DNA of 25,795 bases from Bdellovibrionia bacterium (GTDB taxonomy: Bacteria > Bdellovibrionota > UBA1018): assembly GCA_049424145.1 (NCBI GenBank), contig JBMSSC010000025.1:1-25795 (forward strand), given 5' to 3'. The first letter of the stretch is position 1, and each line of letters starts with the position of its first letter. Both the position numbers and the translations under genes were made by a program. This document shows positions 15,502 through 25,795 of this stretch, piece after piece. The notes beneath the pieces are model-generated. The model made no database searches. It saw only the letters and a list, made by a program, of their open reading frames with translations, and was not told the origin of the DNA.

Positions 15502-18500
15502 TTAGTCGACTTGAATGGACTGAACGATTCGTAAAATCTCGTTTCCATAGAGGGTCTCAGCCTTAGGTCCGACTCCTTTAACGCTTCGAAACTCTTGAAG
15601 GTTCTTCGGTTTCTCCACGGCGAGGGTTTGCAAGACTCGGTCACTTAAAATTCGAAACGCAGGAACGCCTCGTTCAAGTGCAAGCTTCAAGCGCCACGAC
15701 TTGAGGGCTTCAAAGACGCCGCGCTCGGAAGAGGACTCCGTCTCCTGAAATCGTGAATACGGCTTACGGGAAGAGGCCAGCGAGGAGGCCTTCTTGCTGC
15801 TTTGGGATTTTAAGTGAGTTTTGGACTTCAACCTAGAGGAAGACGACGCGGAGCGTAAGTGAGTTTTTCCCGAGGTAAAGGGTAAGCGGATTTTCTTTAA
15901 GTCAGCAGCCGTTGCGCTCAGACCCTTGGCACACGCCGATACTGCGCGATAGGTAATTTCTTGGGCTCCTTTTTGAAACGTCTCTTCACTGACCTCCAAC
16001 CATCGGGCTTGCGAAAGACCTTTTAAAATCCTCTCAAACTCATTTCGTTCCGTGTTCGGGGCCATTTCTTGAACTTCTTGAAACAATCGCCCCACTGGAA
16101 TCAAGCTTTGGCCAACTAAGGAAACCATCACAGCGGAGATGATCTGCTTTTCAAGCTCGGTGACCCCCTCATTGAGGGCACCTCCTTGCTTCAGAATCGA
16201 GTTCTGAGAGTGCTCGGAGTCGGGGTCACAAAAGTCACAAACTCCACAGTTTTGACCTGAGTCAATCTGATCTCCAAAGTGACGCACGAGATTTTTCATG
16301 CGACACTCCATTTTTTCAGTAAATGCGACCATCTGCTTGAGTTGCTTTTGCTTGGTGCGATATTGCTCGAGGTAGGCATTTTGCCACTGAGGACTCCCTT
16401 GAGAGATATTCTCCTCAGGATCGATTAAAGCGCCCTGGTGAATCCAGAGTTTCTCAAGCGCCTTGTCAAAAGAGTCGGGGTCCAGCTTCTTCACCTTTTT
16501 TTGAGCTTGAGCTAAAATCCAATCTTTAGGCTGTTTCTGTTCACTTAAGAGGTCATAGATCGCAGCCAACAGACTCACGTCGGGATAGTCTCGCTCGAAA
16601 AAAAACTCATGCGTTCTTTGATCAGCATACGAGTGAAGGAGAACTGCAACCGAAGGCTTCCCATCGCGTCCGGCCCGACCAATTTCTTGATAATAGCCTT
16701 CGACACTCCCTGGAAGGCCTGCATGAATGACGGTTCGGACATTCGACTTGTCAATCCCCATGCCAAAGGCCACGGTGGCAACGACCACCTCTAAACGTCC
16801 TGCCAGAAATTGGCTCTGAGTCTGATCCCGGGCTTGCGAGGACATTCCGGCGTGATAAACCTCCACATGAAAATGCCGCTTCAGCTCAGCCGTGAGGCTC
16901 TCGGCCAACTTTCGAGTGGGGGCATAGACGATCGCAGGGAGTCGATCTTTTCCTTTTAAAATCATTAACGCCAGCTCAAGGCGTTCACTGGGTTGAGCGA
17001 CCCAATTTTGGATCGCAATGTTGGTTCTTCTAAAACCCTGAATGAAGCGCGTCTCATTCTGAAACCCAAGCTGAGTAGCAATATCAGTCTGAACCAACGG
17101 GGTCGCCGTTGCCGTTAATGCGATGACGGGTGCGGGCTTGAGCTCCTGAAGGCGACTCCCTAAGAGCCGATAACTGGGCCTAAAATCATGACCCCATTGA
17201 GAGATGCAATGAGCCTCATCTACGGCAATGAGCGCAGGGGGGCGACGAGCGAGCATCTCCACAAACCCCGGGACCCCTAAGCGCTCAGGCGCAATAAAGA
17301 GAAAGTTCAGCTGGCCAGAGAGGTAATCTTGACATGCTTTTCTAGAATCGGATTTAGCCCGAAGCGAATGAATCCTCTCGGAACGCAGGCCCATTCGATT
17401 GAGTTTCTCCACCTGGTCCTCAATGAGTGCCACCAAAGGGCTAATCACTAAGGTGGTTCCACCCCGAGCTAAGCCAGGCAATTGGTAACAAAGGGACTTT
17501 CCTGCGCCCGTAGGCATGACTAATAGAACGTCAGCTCCCTGCAGTACAGCGCGACAGACGGCCTCTTGATGGGGTCGAAACTGATCGAATCCAAACCGCG
17601 CTTTGAGCAATGCCTGGAGGTCTTTTGGGTCCAACGAACTCTGCTGGCCTGAGGCTTGGACTCTTAAGGAGGCTTGGTTCTGGGCATGAGGTGAGCCAAC
17701 TAGGGAGGCATCCTGAGAGTTGAAACGGCCTTCATTCGAAGAGGCGAGCCCCGATTTGAGATCCCCGGAAGAAGCCCCTAAGAACTCAGGATCTCTTCCA
17801 GGCAGATGAGCGAGGGTTTTAGGCGGTTGGCTTAGGATTTGCGTGACTTGCTTTTGAATTTCGTTCTCCAAAGAAGCCATGAACGCTGAGAGGGTTTTCT
17901 TCTGCGCTTGAATGAGGGCTAAGTCCTTTTCCCATCGCGCAGTGAGCTCCGGGCTTTTAATCGAATCATCCACCGACTCAATCAGGCGAATGCCCATGTC
18001 TGTGGCTCGAAGGGTTTTTCCCTCTCGCTTCAGATAGTTTCGCGAAAGGAGGGTTTCAATCATGGCAGCACGCGTGGCGGCAGTTCCGATCCCACAGTCT
18101 TCAATGGCTCTTGCGAGGTTTCGATCCTCGATCCTGCGACCTGCATTTTCCATTGCAGAAAGGAGCGCGGCCTCAGTTAAAGGAGGAGGGGGAGTCGTTT
18201 TTTTCTGATCCACTTGGGCTTTTTGAACCCGAACTTCTAGTTTTTCCTGGATCCAAGCCGGCAAGCGCCGCTGAAACGCATCGGATTGTCCTTTGATCTC
18301 AAGCCTTCTCCAACCGGTTTGAATTTCCGTCATCCCTTGGGTGAGAAATAGCGCTTCATGGGCGTGAAACTCCTCCGGCGAGTCTTCGGGGACTTGAACT
18401 TCGGTTAAGACGGTGGTGAGAGACGTGATGTGATCTTCTTGCCATGCTGACAGCAGCCGCCGCGCGATGAGGTCGTAGACTCGATCCTCATCAGAGCTTA

Positions 18501-19728
18501 AAGGCTTCGAAGATCGAGACACTTCCGTGGGAATTATGGCATGGTGATCGCTGACCTCGGCATCATTCACAAAGCGCTTGGATAAGCTCACTTGACCTGT
18601 TGCATCCACCAGGAGTGAGGCATAGGGAGCTTGAATTTGCTCAACGATTCTCGGCAAAGTGTCGGCAACGCTACTGGAGAGCACCCGACAATCCGTCCTG
18701 GGATAGCTAATGAGCTTATGCTTTTCATATAAGGCTTGAGCAATCTCAAGCGTTCTTGCGGCTGAGAATCCAAACAGGCGATTGCAGTGCCTTTGAAGCT
18801 CGGTTAAATCATAGAGGAGGGGCGGAGGATCTTTCACCTCTTTTGTCTTAAGACGAAACACCTGAGCCACACCGCGACGAATGAGTTCGGCTAACGCTTG
18901 AGCCTGCTTTCCGTCTGCAGCAAAACGCTTGGGCTTCAGTGAGGAGAGTTCCTTGTGTAACTGAGGTTCAAGCTCTTTTTTACTCCCACAGTAGGTGCCC
19001 GAGTAGGAGGTCGGCTGAGCCCCTGAATCAGGTATGGCCTCCTTTTGTTTCTCAAAACTGGCCGTGAGCTCAAAGTAGGTTTCAGGCTTGAAGTTCAGAA
19101 TTTCCAAATCCCGCGCCACCACAATGGCAAGCGTGGGGGTCTGCACGCGCCCCACAAAAAAGGGCTCACCTGTGGATAATGTATAGGCCCGAGAGAAATT
19201 CATCCCGACTAACCAATCGGCTCGACTCCGGGCACGAGCGGCATCGGCAAGGGCATCGTAACGATTCGACTGAGCCAACTGCTCAAGCCCTTTTTCAATG
19301 GCCTGCGGGGTCAGCGAGGAGATCCAAAGGCGCTGAAAAGGTCCTTGATACCCTGCCATTTCAATGATGTAGCGAAATATCAACTCCCCTTCCCGGCCAG
19401 CGTCGGTAGCACAGATCAGGGATCGGGATTGATGGATCAGGCGTTTGAGTAGTTCAAACTGAGATTCCGTGTTTTGTAAAACCTTCAGAGGCCAGCAAGA
19501 GGGAATCATGGGAAGAGTCGTTTTTCTCCACATTTTCCAGTCTGGGTTGATCTCATACGGTTCCGGGATCGTGACCAAATGCCCCAGGGCCCAACTCACC
19601 AGGTATCCATTGCCGCTTAAGTACCCGGAATGCGACTGGGTTGCACGTACGACCTGGGCAATATCCCGAGCAACCGAGGGCTTCTCTGCGATAATCAGAA
19701 TTGAGTTGAGTTTTTGCTGAACTCCCAT
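15502..19728 (-). CDS. DNA topoisomerase III - RecQ helicase - HRDC fusion protein
   Basis: Single frame, likely start ATG 19728 (SD AAGGA), ~1408 aa. Topo IA/TopB motifs: '[12 protein letters not shown]', 'GHL', '[12 protein letters not shown]', 'GRVQTPTL', catalytic 'ISYPRTD', 'GIGTAATRA'. RecQ motifs: '[10 protein letters not shown]', '[14 protein letters not shown]', '[15 protein letters not shown]', 'TATA', 'AFGMGIDK', '[10 protein letters not shown]', Zn site 'CR...CGVCDFC'. HRDC: 'ALKSWR...GVPAFRIL...VKGVG'. Confidence 0.95.
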   Translation of the reverse strand: MGVQQKLNSILIIAEKPSVARDIAQVVRATQSHSGYLSGNGYLVSWALGHLVTIPEPYEINPDWKMWRKTTLPMIPSCWPLKVLQNTESQFELLKRLIHQSRSLICATDAGREGELIFRYIIEMAGYQGPFQRLWISSLTPQAIEKGLEQLAQSNRYDALADAARARSRADWLVGMNFSRAYTLSTGEPFFVGRVQTPTLAIVVARDLEILNFKPETYFELTASFEKQKEAIPDSGAQPTSYSGTYCGSKKELEPQLHKELSSLKPKRFAADGKQAQALAELIRRGVAQVFRLKTKEVKDPPPLLYDLTELQRHCNRLFGFSAARTLEIAQALYEKHKLISYPRTDCRVLSSSVADTLPRIVEQIQAPYASLLVDATGQVSLSKRFVNDAEVSDHHAIIPTEVSRSSKPLSSDEDRVYDLIARRLLSAWQEDHITSLTTVLTEVQVPEDSPEEFHAHEALFLTQGMTEIQTGWRRLEIKGQSDAFQRRLPAWIQEKLEVRVQKAQVDQKKTTPPPPLTEAALLSAMENAGRRIEDRNLARAIEDCGIGTAATRAAMIETLLSRNYLKREGKTLRATDMGIRLIESVDDSIKSPELTARWEKDLALIQAQKKTLSAFMASLENEIQKQVTQILSQPPKTLAHLPGRDPEFLGASSGDLKSGLASSNEGRFNSQDASLVGSPHAQNQASLRVQASGQQSSLDPKDLQALLKARFGFDQFRPHQEAVCRAVLQGADVLLVMPTGAGKSLCYQLPGLARGGTTLVISPLVALIEDQVEKLNRMGLRSERIHSLRAKSDSRKACQDYLSGQLNFLFIAPERLGVPGFVEMLARRPPALIAVDEAHCISQWGHDFRPSYRLLGSRLQELKPAPVIALTATATPLVQTDIATQLGFQNETRFIQGFRRTNIAIQNWVAQPSERLELALMILKGKDRLPAIVYAPTRKLAESLTAELKRHFHVEVYHAGMSSQARDQTQSQFLAGRLEVVVATVAFGMGIDKSNVRTVIHAGLPGSVEGYYQEIGRAGRDGKPSVAVLLHSYADQRTHEFFFERDYPDVSLLAAIYDLLSEQKQPKDWILAQAQKKVKKLDPDSFDKALEKLWIHQGALIDPEENISQGSPQWQNAYLEQYRTKQKQLKQMVAFTEKMECRMKNLVRHFGDQIDSGQNCGVCDFCDPDSEHSQNSILKQGGALNEGVTELEKQIISAVMVSLVGQSLIPVGRLFQEVQEMAPNTERNEFERILKGLSQARWLEVSEETFQKGAQEITYRAVSACAKGLSATAADLKKIRLPFTSGKTHLRSASSSSRLKSKTHLKSQSSKKASSLASSRKPYSRFQETESSSERGVFEALKSWRLKLALERGVPAFRILSDRVLQTLAVEKPKNLQEFRSVKGVGPKAETLYGNEILRIVQSIQVD

Positions 19729-19911
19729 TGAATCCTTAACCTTAGGGCTGAACCGGATGCATTTGAGGGGAGGGGTCCAGTCCACATCCAAGCTCGCCCT
19801 CTAAATTCTACTTCACACTCATCACCCACTGATCTGAGCTGAACTGACTAGGCTGAATGACTCTTCTACTCCGTTATAGCAGAAAATCAAAACACCGTGT
19901 GCTTGGGTTTT

Positions 19912-19932
19912 AAAAAAATGGGGACTAACCCC
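19912..19932 (-). terminator. Probable intrinsic terminator of the 1869-aa gene
   Basis: Minus strand GGGG-TTAGT-CCCC-A-TTTTTTT, starting 24 bp after the stop codon. Confidence 0.5.
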
Positions 19933-19955
19933 TACCTGGGATTCAGGGATTTGGC

Positions 19956-22900
19956 TTAACGGCTCAAGTGAGACGACCTTGATAAAGTGGCGACCGGGGC
20001 TTTAAACGCGCTGAGCACCTGAAAAATGTGGGCCTGTTGTCGTTTAAAAAACTCGTTCGTATGAGTCACGGCTCCTGCGCTCTCCTCAGTATGAGTCCAC
20101 TCATGGGTCAAGGTATTAATCCAGCTTGCCTGGAGCTCTAGATCGTGACCCAAGGGATCCGATCCTTCCTTAGCAAACGTCTGACAATAGGATTTAAACG
20201 CGGAGCTCACCAAATTGACCTCAATCACTCGAGGCTCTGAGCTTTGGCCCTGACGTGCCCGAGCCATTGAATCTTCAGAACTCGAATAATAATGAATTTG
20301 GAGCGAATTCATCGGACCCATGATCTTGCCAATCTTCACTAAAAACTGATCGAGATGACCAGTGCACTTCGAGATCTGCTCCTCATCGAGCCCCAGTTGC
20401 TTAGTAACGGACTGGTGAAGGGATTTCATCTCCTTCGAATCGCTGGCAGGCTTTGCGGTGTGCTCCTTAAACTCAGGGTCCAATCTAGCCAAGTGCGCCT
20501 GCAGTTCTGCTTCTTTTTCCTTCTGTTTAAAATAAGGACGGACGATCCTCGAAATCACATTCTTCAAATGGCTCTGATCATCGGAACTTAAAGAGCTGAC
20601 GTTTCTTTTCTTGAGAATTTGTTCTTTGATCAGATTGCTCACATCGTCTTGTACAGAATAGCCGTAGCCCTGACTTAAAAATGGAGTTGCCTCCTTCTCA
20701 AGGATTTGAAAAACCTGTTCAGATAGCTCAAAGAAGTCCCATGAGTCCTTTGACCGGGATGGATCCGTTGAATTTAAAAAAGGGATCGGTGCCGCAAGCT
20801 GAATCATCGTCAGTCGATCGGAGTGGGAGGAAGGATCGTCAGAAAAAATATCTAAAATCGTCTTCGAATCCTTCTTGGAAGCCGAATCCCTCAGTGAATT
20901 CATGTACTGGGCTCGCAAACCTCGCGCGGCGTTTATCTTCTCACGATATCCCCCTCGGTCGACGTTATATCCATAATCATACCCCATCAGACCGTGCACT
21001 TCTTCATCTGAAACATATAAATTTCTAGCGTCATTTAATTTTGAGCGAAGTGCTCGAGTCACCAAATCCCTGGCCTGACTTCGAATCAAAGGATGAACTG
21101 ACGGATCGACAAAGCCAGATCGACCTGGAAGCTGCTTAAGGTTAGCATCATCTAGGTCGAGCCTAAGATCTGAAATAAGACTTTCAAACTTGGCTTTTTT
21201 CGAACTTGGAATCTCTGGAAAAAAACCCACAATCGAAAGATCAGCTAGAGGCGCACCATTGTAACAGACTTTGCCCGCATTCTGATAAGACTTGACTAAA
21301 TTAAATTTTGCACCTTGCGATGGATCATTTGCTAAGTGGACTTGATGATTGGATTGAATCACTTCTTTCTTCCCTCGGGCAGCAGAGAATCGGTCGTCCC
21401 CATGAATCTTCAGGTCCCCCGAAAAAGCGTCTCTCAGGGATTGAAACCGCTCGGTAAGCGTGGAAAACTCCAAAGGAGAGAACTTCTTGGATTTTCTCGC
21501 TCGAATTTCAGTCCCAGGACTCCCTGATGCATCATCAACCTGCTCTTCGTGAAACCGAAAGACCTGATCGGTATTCGTCAAATAGATACGACTCTTTTTA
21601 GGTTCACCCTCTTTCTTCGATTCGACCAAAACTTCATCAAAGTACTTAAACAGCGTGAAAAAACCCCACCCAAAATTGATATCCCCATCAGCTCGACTTT
21701 TTGTGGTCAAATTGGGAATATAAAAAGCTGACATTCGACCCAACCCCACTCCATGGCCATCATCCTTGATCGAAACAGTGACATTTTTCGTCGACAACTC
21801 ATCGAACCCTATTTTCACATCGAGATTCTTTGCGTTTGCCTCATTTGCATTTTTCAAGATCTCATAAACCCAAGAATACTCGTTTGGGTTTTGATTGGAG
21901 GCAACATGGTACTCCTTCTGAATCAGAAAGGAGTCGCGCCCCAGCACTTTTCTTACCTCCAGATTTTCAGAAATCGGAATGCTCTTGCTCGGCGGGGAAA
22001 ACCCTACTTGAAACTTCTCACTTCCAGGTACCTGTAGACTTGGATTTAAAACCGCATCTAAATAAGGAGCGAATTGTTTACAATCAGCATGCGCTCGGAT
22101 CGGACCAAAATCTCGGTAGGCATCCTCGAGAGACCTTGGAGATCGACCTTTCTCCAAGAGATGATTAATAATCTGATTTGTGCACTTGTAGTTATGGTCA
22201 ATACTAATCGCAGAGACACCCTCTGAACTGGTCAATATCTCAACACAATTCTTCGAGAACTGCTTTGTCAACTCATCCGAACCCGAGCTTGAAAACTTCA
22301 AACCACAGAGAGCGTTTTGAAGAAGTGCAAATCCTCCCCGATCCCAGGGCAGTTGATGAACGGGTGCGGAAGAAAAAAAACGAATTACCGAATCCGACAA
22401 ATAGGGAGGCAAATCCTTCAACATTTTTTGTTCCTGCTCAAAATCAACGGGTCTCGTCTCATTTTTCAATACTCCACCCAAGTGAGGAATACCAAAGTAC
22501 CTTAACTCTCTTATGCGGAAGATCTTCGGGGGTTCAAGCAAATGCCGAGCAGATAAAAGAAAGATGAGATTTTCTCCATCGATCTTTTTTCCCGCCGCTT
22601 TTAAGAGACGAAATTCGTTTAAGACGTCATGGAGACCAATAGATGGATGATCCTCAAGGTATTTCTGCAGCCTTGCTGCTCCGAAGATATCTTTATTACT
22701 CTCAAGCCCGTTCTCATACCCTCTGACTGGAAAGATCCGAGCAAAAAACTCATCCAAATCATTCTTATCTTTCACTGAATTCAATGCCCCGGGCCGAATT
22801 GATTTTGTAAACTGCCATAGCAGGTTTTGATAAATCTCCATTACCTTGGCCGGACCATGAGAAGGCTGATATTTGACTCCTGCTATTCCTGAGGACTCAT

Positions 22901-25565
22901 AGAAACCACGAAAAAACTCGTCTAAACTACGCTGACGTTCCTCTTCTTCTTCTTTTTTCATCAGGAGATCGCGAAGAACCTCTTTAGACACTCCCAAAAA
23001 GTAACCCTGAAATTCCCTCTCGATCGCAAGCGATTTCTCTTTTTCATTTTTAAAAGTTGAATACCTTGGAGGAATCTTATACATGTTGCTAATCTGCTGC
23101 TGAACATCGAAGAGACCCTGATCAGATGAAGCGATGTCTCGAGCTTGCTCTACAAGAGTCTTTCGTAAAAGCGGATGAGATGGGTCCACATGAGAGTCCA
23201 CCAAAACAAAGGTCTTTGAGCCAGATTTTGCGACCTCCATGACTCCGTCCAGTTTTTTCCCAGGAGTTAATTGAATGGGAAGAAAGATCAGCGACTCCGA
23301 GGGAGGGTCGACTAAATCTTCGTAGAGGTCAGAGTGGACCAGATTTTTAAAGTTGATCTCCACGAGAGCCTTACCCTCTTTTTCCTTCAGCTTTTGAATA
23401 TCTTTTAAAGATCCCACAGCGGGTAAGACCTTCCAGTGTCCAAATTTTTTTGGAATCCATTCATTCAAAATAGAACTGGCATTATCCTTACTCAACAAAA
23501 ACTGATAAAAGCTATTGATCAAAGTTAAGCGACTCTGCTCAGGCTGTTCATCAATCGCTTTTAAGATCCCCTTGAAAACATCTCTTGCTGCAGGCGAACT
23601 GAAATCCAAGGTACTCCGATCGGAGGTCAATGGAGTATCCTCAGGTAACTCAACCACCAGATGAGGGTAGAGATTAACTCCAGAAATTGGAACTTCTTGA
23701 ATGACTACGCCATTCACGAGAACACTGATTTTGGAACTCCCTTCTTTCTGGGGCTCACCAAAAACTTTGACTCGAGCGCGGTCCGCCTGAAATTCTAATC
23801 GGGGACGATCTAAACTCCGAATGGGGGCTTCATTGAGTAAGATCTCCGCCTTCTGGTTGTACTTGAACTTTCCGATCACAGCATCACTTTGAATTTGTCT
23901 TAAGGAGGATTCGTCTAATTGAGCCGAGCTCATCAGAATCTGAGTCCCGTGGTTCTGACAGGGAGACTCAGGGGAGTGAGGAATTTCATCCAAATCCGTA
24001 ACGAGCTCGCCGTTTTTTCGATGAATCTTAATTTTTAAACATCCGTCTTTGGACGACTGAGAGCGGGTGTGAATCTCTAGAAAGTCGTTCTCCGTTTTGA
24101 GCAGAGCGAGATTCGAAAAAAAGCCTTGACCAAATCGTCCGGTCACCCCCTGAGATGCCTGTGCATGATCCACAAGCATTTTATTTCGGGAGCGATGAGG
24201 GGTGAGCAAATAGCGGACGACATCATCCAGACCCATTCCCACTCCCTGATCACTGACGGACACCACACCCTTGCCATCGGCTCCTGCTCTCACTTCGACC
24301 TTCACGCTTGGGGGATGCGTAGTCTCACCCCGATGCTCAGGCTTGTGGTAATAGGAATCGATGGCGTTGGCAATGAGTTCTCGGACCGATTGATTCGCCT
24401 CCACTTGATAGTCTGAGAGAATTTGTAAGTCCTTTTTACTTCTCTCTCGCATTTGTGGCGATACCTGAAGCTTCTTCATCTGTTCGCTTAACCGCCTTAG
24501 GTCATCGACCGGAGGATCAAGATCAGGATCCAACATTCGTCCATAGTCGATCCAATCGAGGAGAGAGGCAGAGATGGAGGACGATTGAGGCAGCGCCTCG
24601 GTTTTTTTGGGACTCAAGGGAGAGTCGAGTTTTTGCATTGTAGACGCGGCCAAACTTCCTACGGAAAACACATTATCCACTTCGGCGACGAGAGATTTCA
24701 GAGGAGGTTCCACACGAGTTGGGGAGGGCAAACAGAGTGCACTGGGTGCCTTCGAAGTTCCTTGAGCGAGTATAGGGATAGCAGGTGTAGCAGTTGTAGA
24801 CTGAACCGACTTTTGAGGCTGAACCTCTTCTAAGTCCTCAAGGGCGAGCTGATGATAGGCTTGAACCAGGCGATCATAGCCTAAAAGAGCGGCGTCATAT
24901 TTCTTTTTCTGTTCGGTTCTGGACAAACCCGTTTGCCGAGAATGGAGATAGTCGGCAATCAGCACATCGTAAGCCTGGGCCGCCTGAAGGTATTTTTCCA
25001 CGCCTGAGAAAGTCTGAAGGTGGGTCACAAAAGCCTTCATCAGGGACCCATAAGCCGCTGAAGAGGCTTGACTCCCCTGATGTCCTTTTTGTTCACTTGA
25101 ATGCTCATCCATCAGATGATTTCGGTAAGCTTTTGCTGCAGTCTTGAGGGCTTGATTCGAATCCGTTTCGGAGAGCTGTTTGACCAATTCCTTATAGAAA
25201 TGAGCAATTTGGGCCTGCACGGTGGGAATCTCGACCCCCTTTTTTGTGGTGGGTGCGGCACGTGAACTCGGAGAGAGCGAGGATTGATATTGGATGAGGG
25301 CCTCAATCTGTCGATCGGATTCTGCTGCCGACTTGGCCCGAACGACCTTGATGGCATCTTGAAGCGCGTGCCGAAGTGCCTGCTGACGATCGGGCGACCA
25401 TTCGAACGCAGGCAGGGGTGCTGCGCTCCCCTCGACTGGGGGATGGGGATGGGTAGGGTTGCTTGTGGGATGAGCATAAGCCAACAGGCCAGAGACACCC
25501 CAGGAAGCTAAGAAAAACCCGATCGAGGCGACCTTCCGCGTGTTCAGTCTTGTCCAATTTGCCAT
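19956..25565 (-). CDS. Giant exported protein with two GHKL (Hsp90/MORC-like) ATPase domains and a C-terminal HExxH motif
   Basis: 1869 aa with a signal peptide ending 'LLAYA'. GHKL-1 (~24390-23930): 'RELIANAIDS', 'SDQGVGM', 'GRFGQGFFS', 'GTQI'. GHKL-2 (~21875-21500): 'YEILKNANEA', 'DDGHGV', 'NFGWGFFT', 'GTEI'. 'THEWTH...HTNEFF' lies at ~20108-20046. Confidence 0.85.
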   Translation of the reverse strand: MANWTRLNTRKVASIGFFLASWGVSGLLAYAHPTSNPTHPHPPVEGSAAPLPAFEWSPDRQQALRHALQDAIKVVRAKSAAESDRQIEALIQYQSSLSPSSRAAPTTKKGVEIPTVQAQIAHFYKELVKQLSETDSNQALKTAAKAYRNHLMDEHSSEQKGHQGSQASSAAYGSLMKAFVTHLQTFSGVEKYLQAAQAYDVLIADYLHSRQTGLSRTEQKKKYDAALLGYDRLVQAYHQLALEDLEEVQPQKSVQSTTATPAIPILAQGTSKAPSALCLPSPTRVEPPLKSLVAEVDNVFSVGSLAASTMQKLDSPLSPKKTEALPQSSSISASLLDWIDYGRMLDPDLDPPVDDLRRLSEQMKKLQVSPQMRERSKKDLQILSDYQVEANQSVRELIANAIDSYYHKPEHRGETTHPPSVKVEVRAGADGKGVVSVSDQGVGMGLDDVVRYLLTPHRSRNKMLVDHAQASQGVTGRFGQGFFSNLALLKTENDFLEIHTRSQSSKDGCLKIKIHRKNGELVTDLDEIPHSPESPCQNHGTQILMSSAQLDESSLRQIQSDAVIGKFKYNQKAEILLNEAPIRSLDRPRLEFQADRARVKVFGEPQKEGSSKISVLVNGVVIQEVPISGVNLYPHLVVELPEDTPLTSDRSTLDFSSPAARDVFKGILKAIDEQPEQSRLTLINSFYQFLLSKDNASSILNEWIPKKFGHWKVLPAVGSLKDIQKLKEKEGKALVEINFKNLVHSDLYEDLVDPPSESLIFLPIQLTPGKKLDGVMEVAKSGSKTFVLVDSHVDPSHPLLRKTLVEQARDIASSDQGLFDVQQQISNMYKIPPRYSTFKNEKEKSLAIEREFQGYFLGVSKEVLRDLLMKKEEEEERQRSLDEFFRGFYESSGIAGVKYQPSHGPAKVMEIYQNLLWQFTKSIRPGALNSVKDKNDLDEFFARIFPVRGYENGLESNKDIFGAARLQKYLEDHPSIGLHDVLNEFRLLKAAGKKIDGENLIFLLSARHLLEPPKIFRIRELRYFGIPHLGGVLKNETRPVDFEQEQKMLKDLPPYLSDSVIRFFSSAPVHQLPWDRGGFALLQNALCGLKFSSSGSDELTKQFSKNCVEILTSSEGVSAISIDHNYKCTNQIINHLLEKGRSPRSLEDAYRDFGPIRAHADCKQFAPYLDAVLNPSLQVPGSEKFQVGFSPPSKSIPISENLEVRKVLGRDSFLIQKEYHVASNQNPNEYSWVYEILKNANEANAKNLDVKIGFDELSTKNVTVSIKDDGHGVGLGRMSAFYIPNLTTKSRADGDINFGWGFFTLFKYFDEVLVESKKEGEPKKSRIYLTNTDQVFRFHEEQVDDASGSPGTEIRARKSKKFSPLEFSTLTERFQSLRDAFSGDLKIHGDDRFSAARGKKEVIQSNHQVHLANDPSQGAKFNLVKSYQNAGKVCYNGAPLADLSIVGFFPEIPSSKKAKFESLISDLRLDLDDANLKQLPGRSGFVDPSVHPLIRSQARDLVTRALRSKLNDARNLYVSDEEVHGLMGYDYGYNVDRGGYREKINAARGLRAQYMNSLRDSASKKDSKTILDIFSDDPSSHSDRLTMIQLAAPIPFLNSTDPSRSKDSWDFFELSEQVFQILEKEATPFLSQGYGYSVQDDVSNLIKEQILKKRNVSSLSSDDQSHLKNVISRIVRPYFKQKEKEAELQAHLARLDPEFKEHTAKPASDSKEMKSLHQSVTKQLGLDEEQISKCTGHLDQFLVKIGKIMGPMNSLQIHYYSSSEDSMARARQGQSSEPRVIEVNLVSSAFKSYCQTFAKEGSDPLGHDLELQASWINTLTHEWTHTEESAGAVTHTNEFFKRQQAHIFQVLSAFKAPVATLSRSSHLSR

Positions 25566-25795
25566 ACCTGATCAATACTATCGGCAATTAAAGAGAAAAA
25601 CTAAATGGAAGGATCTGTAGGACTATAACGGCGAGAAATAATTGGGGATTTATGCTCCCTTAACACAGAGAAAATAAATTATATTAGTTTAATTGGTTTC
25701 AAGAAAATATGATTTCAAGTAGTAAATGAGGCGAAAGAAGAAAAAAAATGGGGGCATCGAGCTAGGTTAGCGCCGAGCTTCCTCGGTACTAGAAT

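Noticed and set aside
15502..19728. Calling the fusion a reverse gyrase
   Set aside because: The domain order is reversed, and the helicase is clearly RecQ-type with HRDC.
19956..25565. Calling the giant protein HtpG, MutL or a histidine kinase
   Set aside because: Only the GHKL boxes match. I saw no recognisable Hsp90 middle/C domains, MutL C-terminus or H-box, and the duplication and signal peptide do not fit.

Overview
A 25.8 kb window from a Gram-negative bacterium. The gene order and gene content suggest Bdellovibrionota or a related delta-proteobacteria-like lineage; this is inference, not a database result. Almost all genes are on the minus strand. Left part (1-10161) is housekeeping and envelope biogenesis: methylmalonyl-CoA epimerase, rhomboid protease, a small hypothetical protein, trxB, lysS, lolC/E, lolD, bamA, an inserted signal-peptide-bearing GNAT-like gene, and skp/ompH (truncated by the window edge and absent from the ORF track). 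The middle (10250-14100) holds the most intriguing element, a tight three-gene operon. It encodes (i) a ~742-aa secreted protein with a Cys/coiled-coil N-half and a ~365-aa almost uncharged Gly/Met/Pro/Gln-rich C-half built on 33-bp repeats, (ii) an SdpA/DUF5819-like protein and (iii) an SdpB/HTTM-like membrane protein. A long G.U-rich RNA hairpin follows it. Next come an unlisted 36-aa K/R-rich micro-protein, a divergent carD-family gene, a natural topoisomerase III-RecQ-HRDC fusion (~1408 aa), and a 1869-aa signal-peptide protein with two GHKL ATPase domains and a C-terminal HExxH motif. I found no rRNA, tRNA, CRISPR array or transposase. All family calls are from motif recognition by eye; no searches were run.
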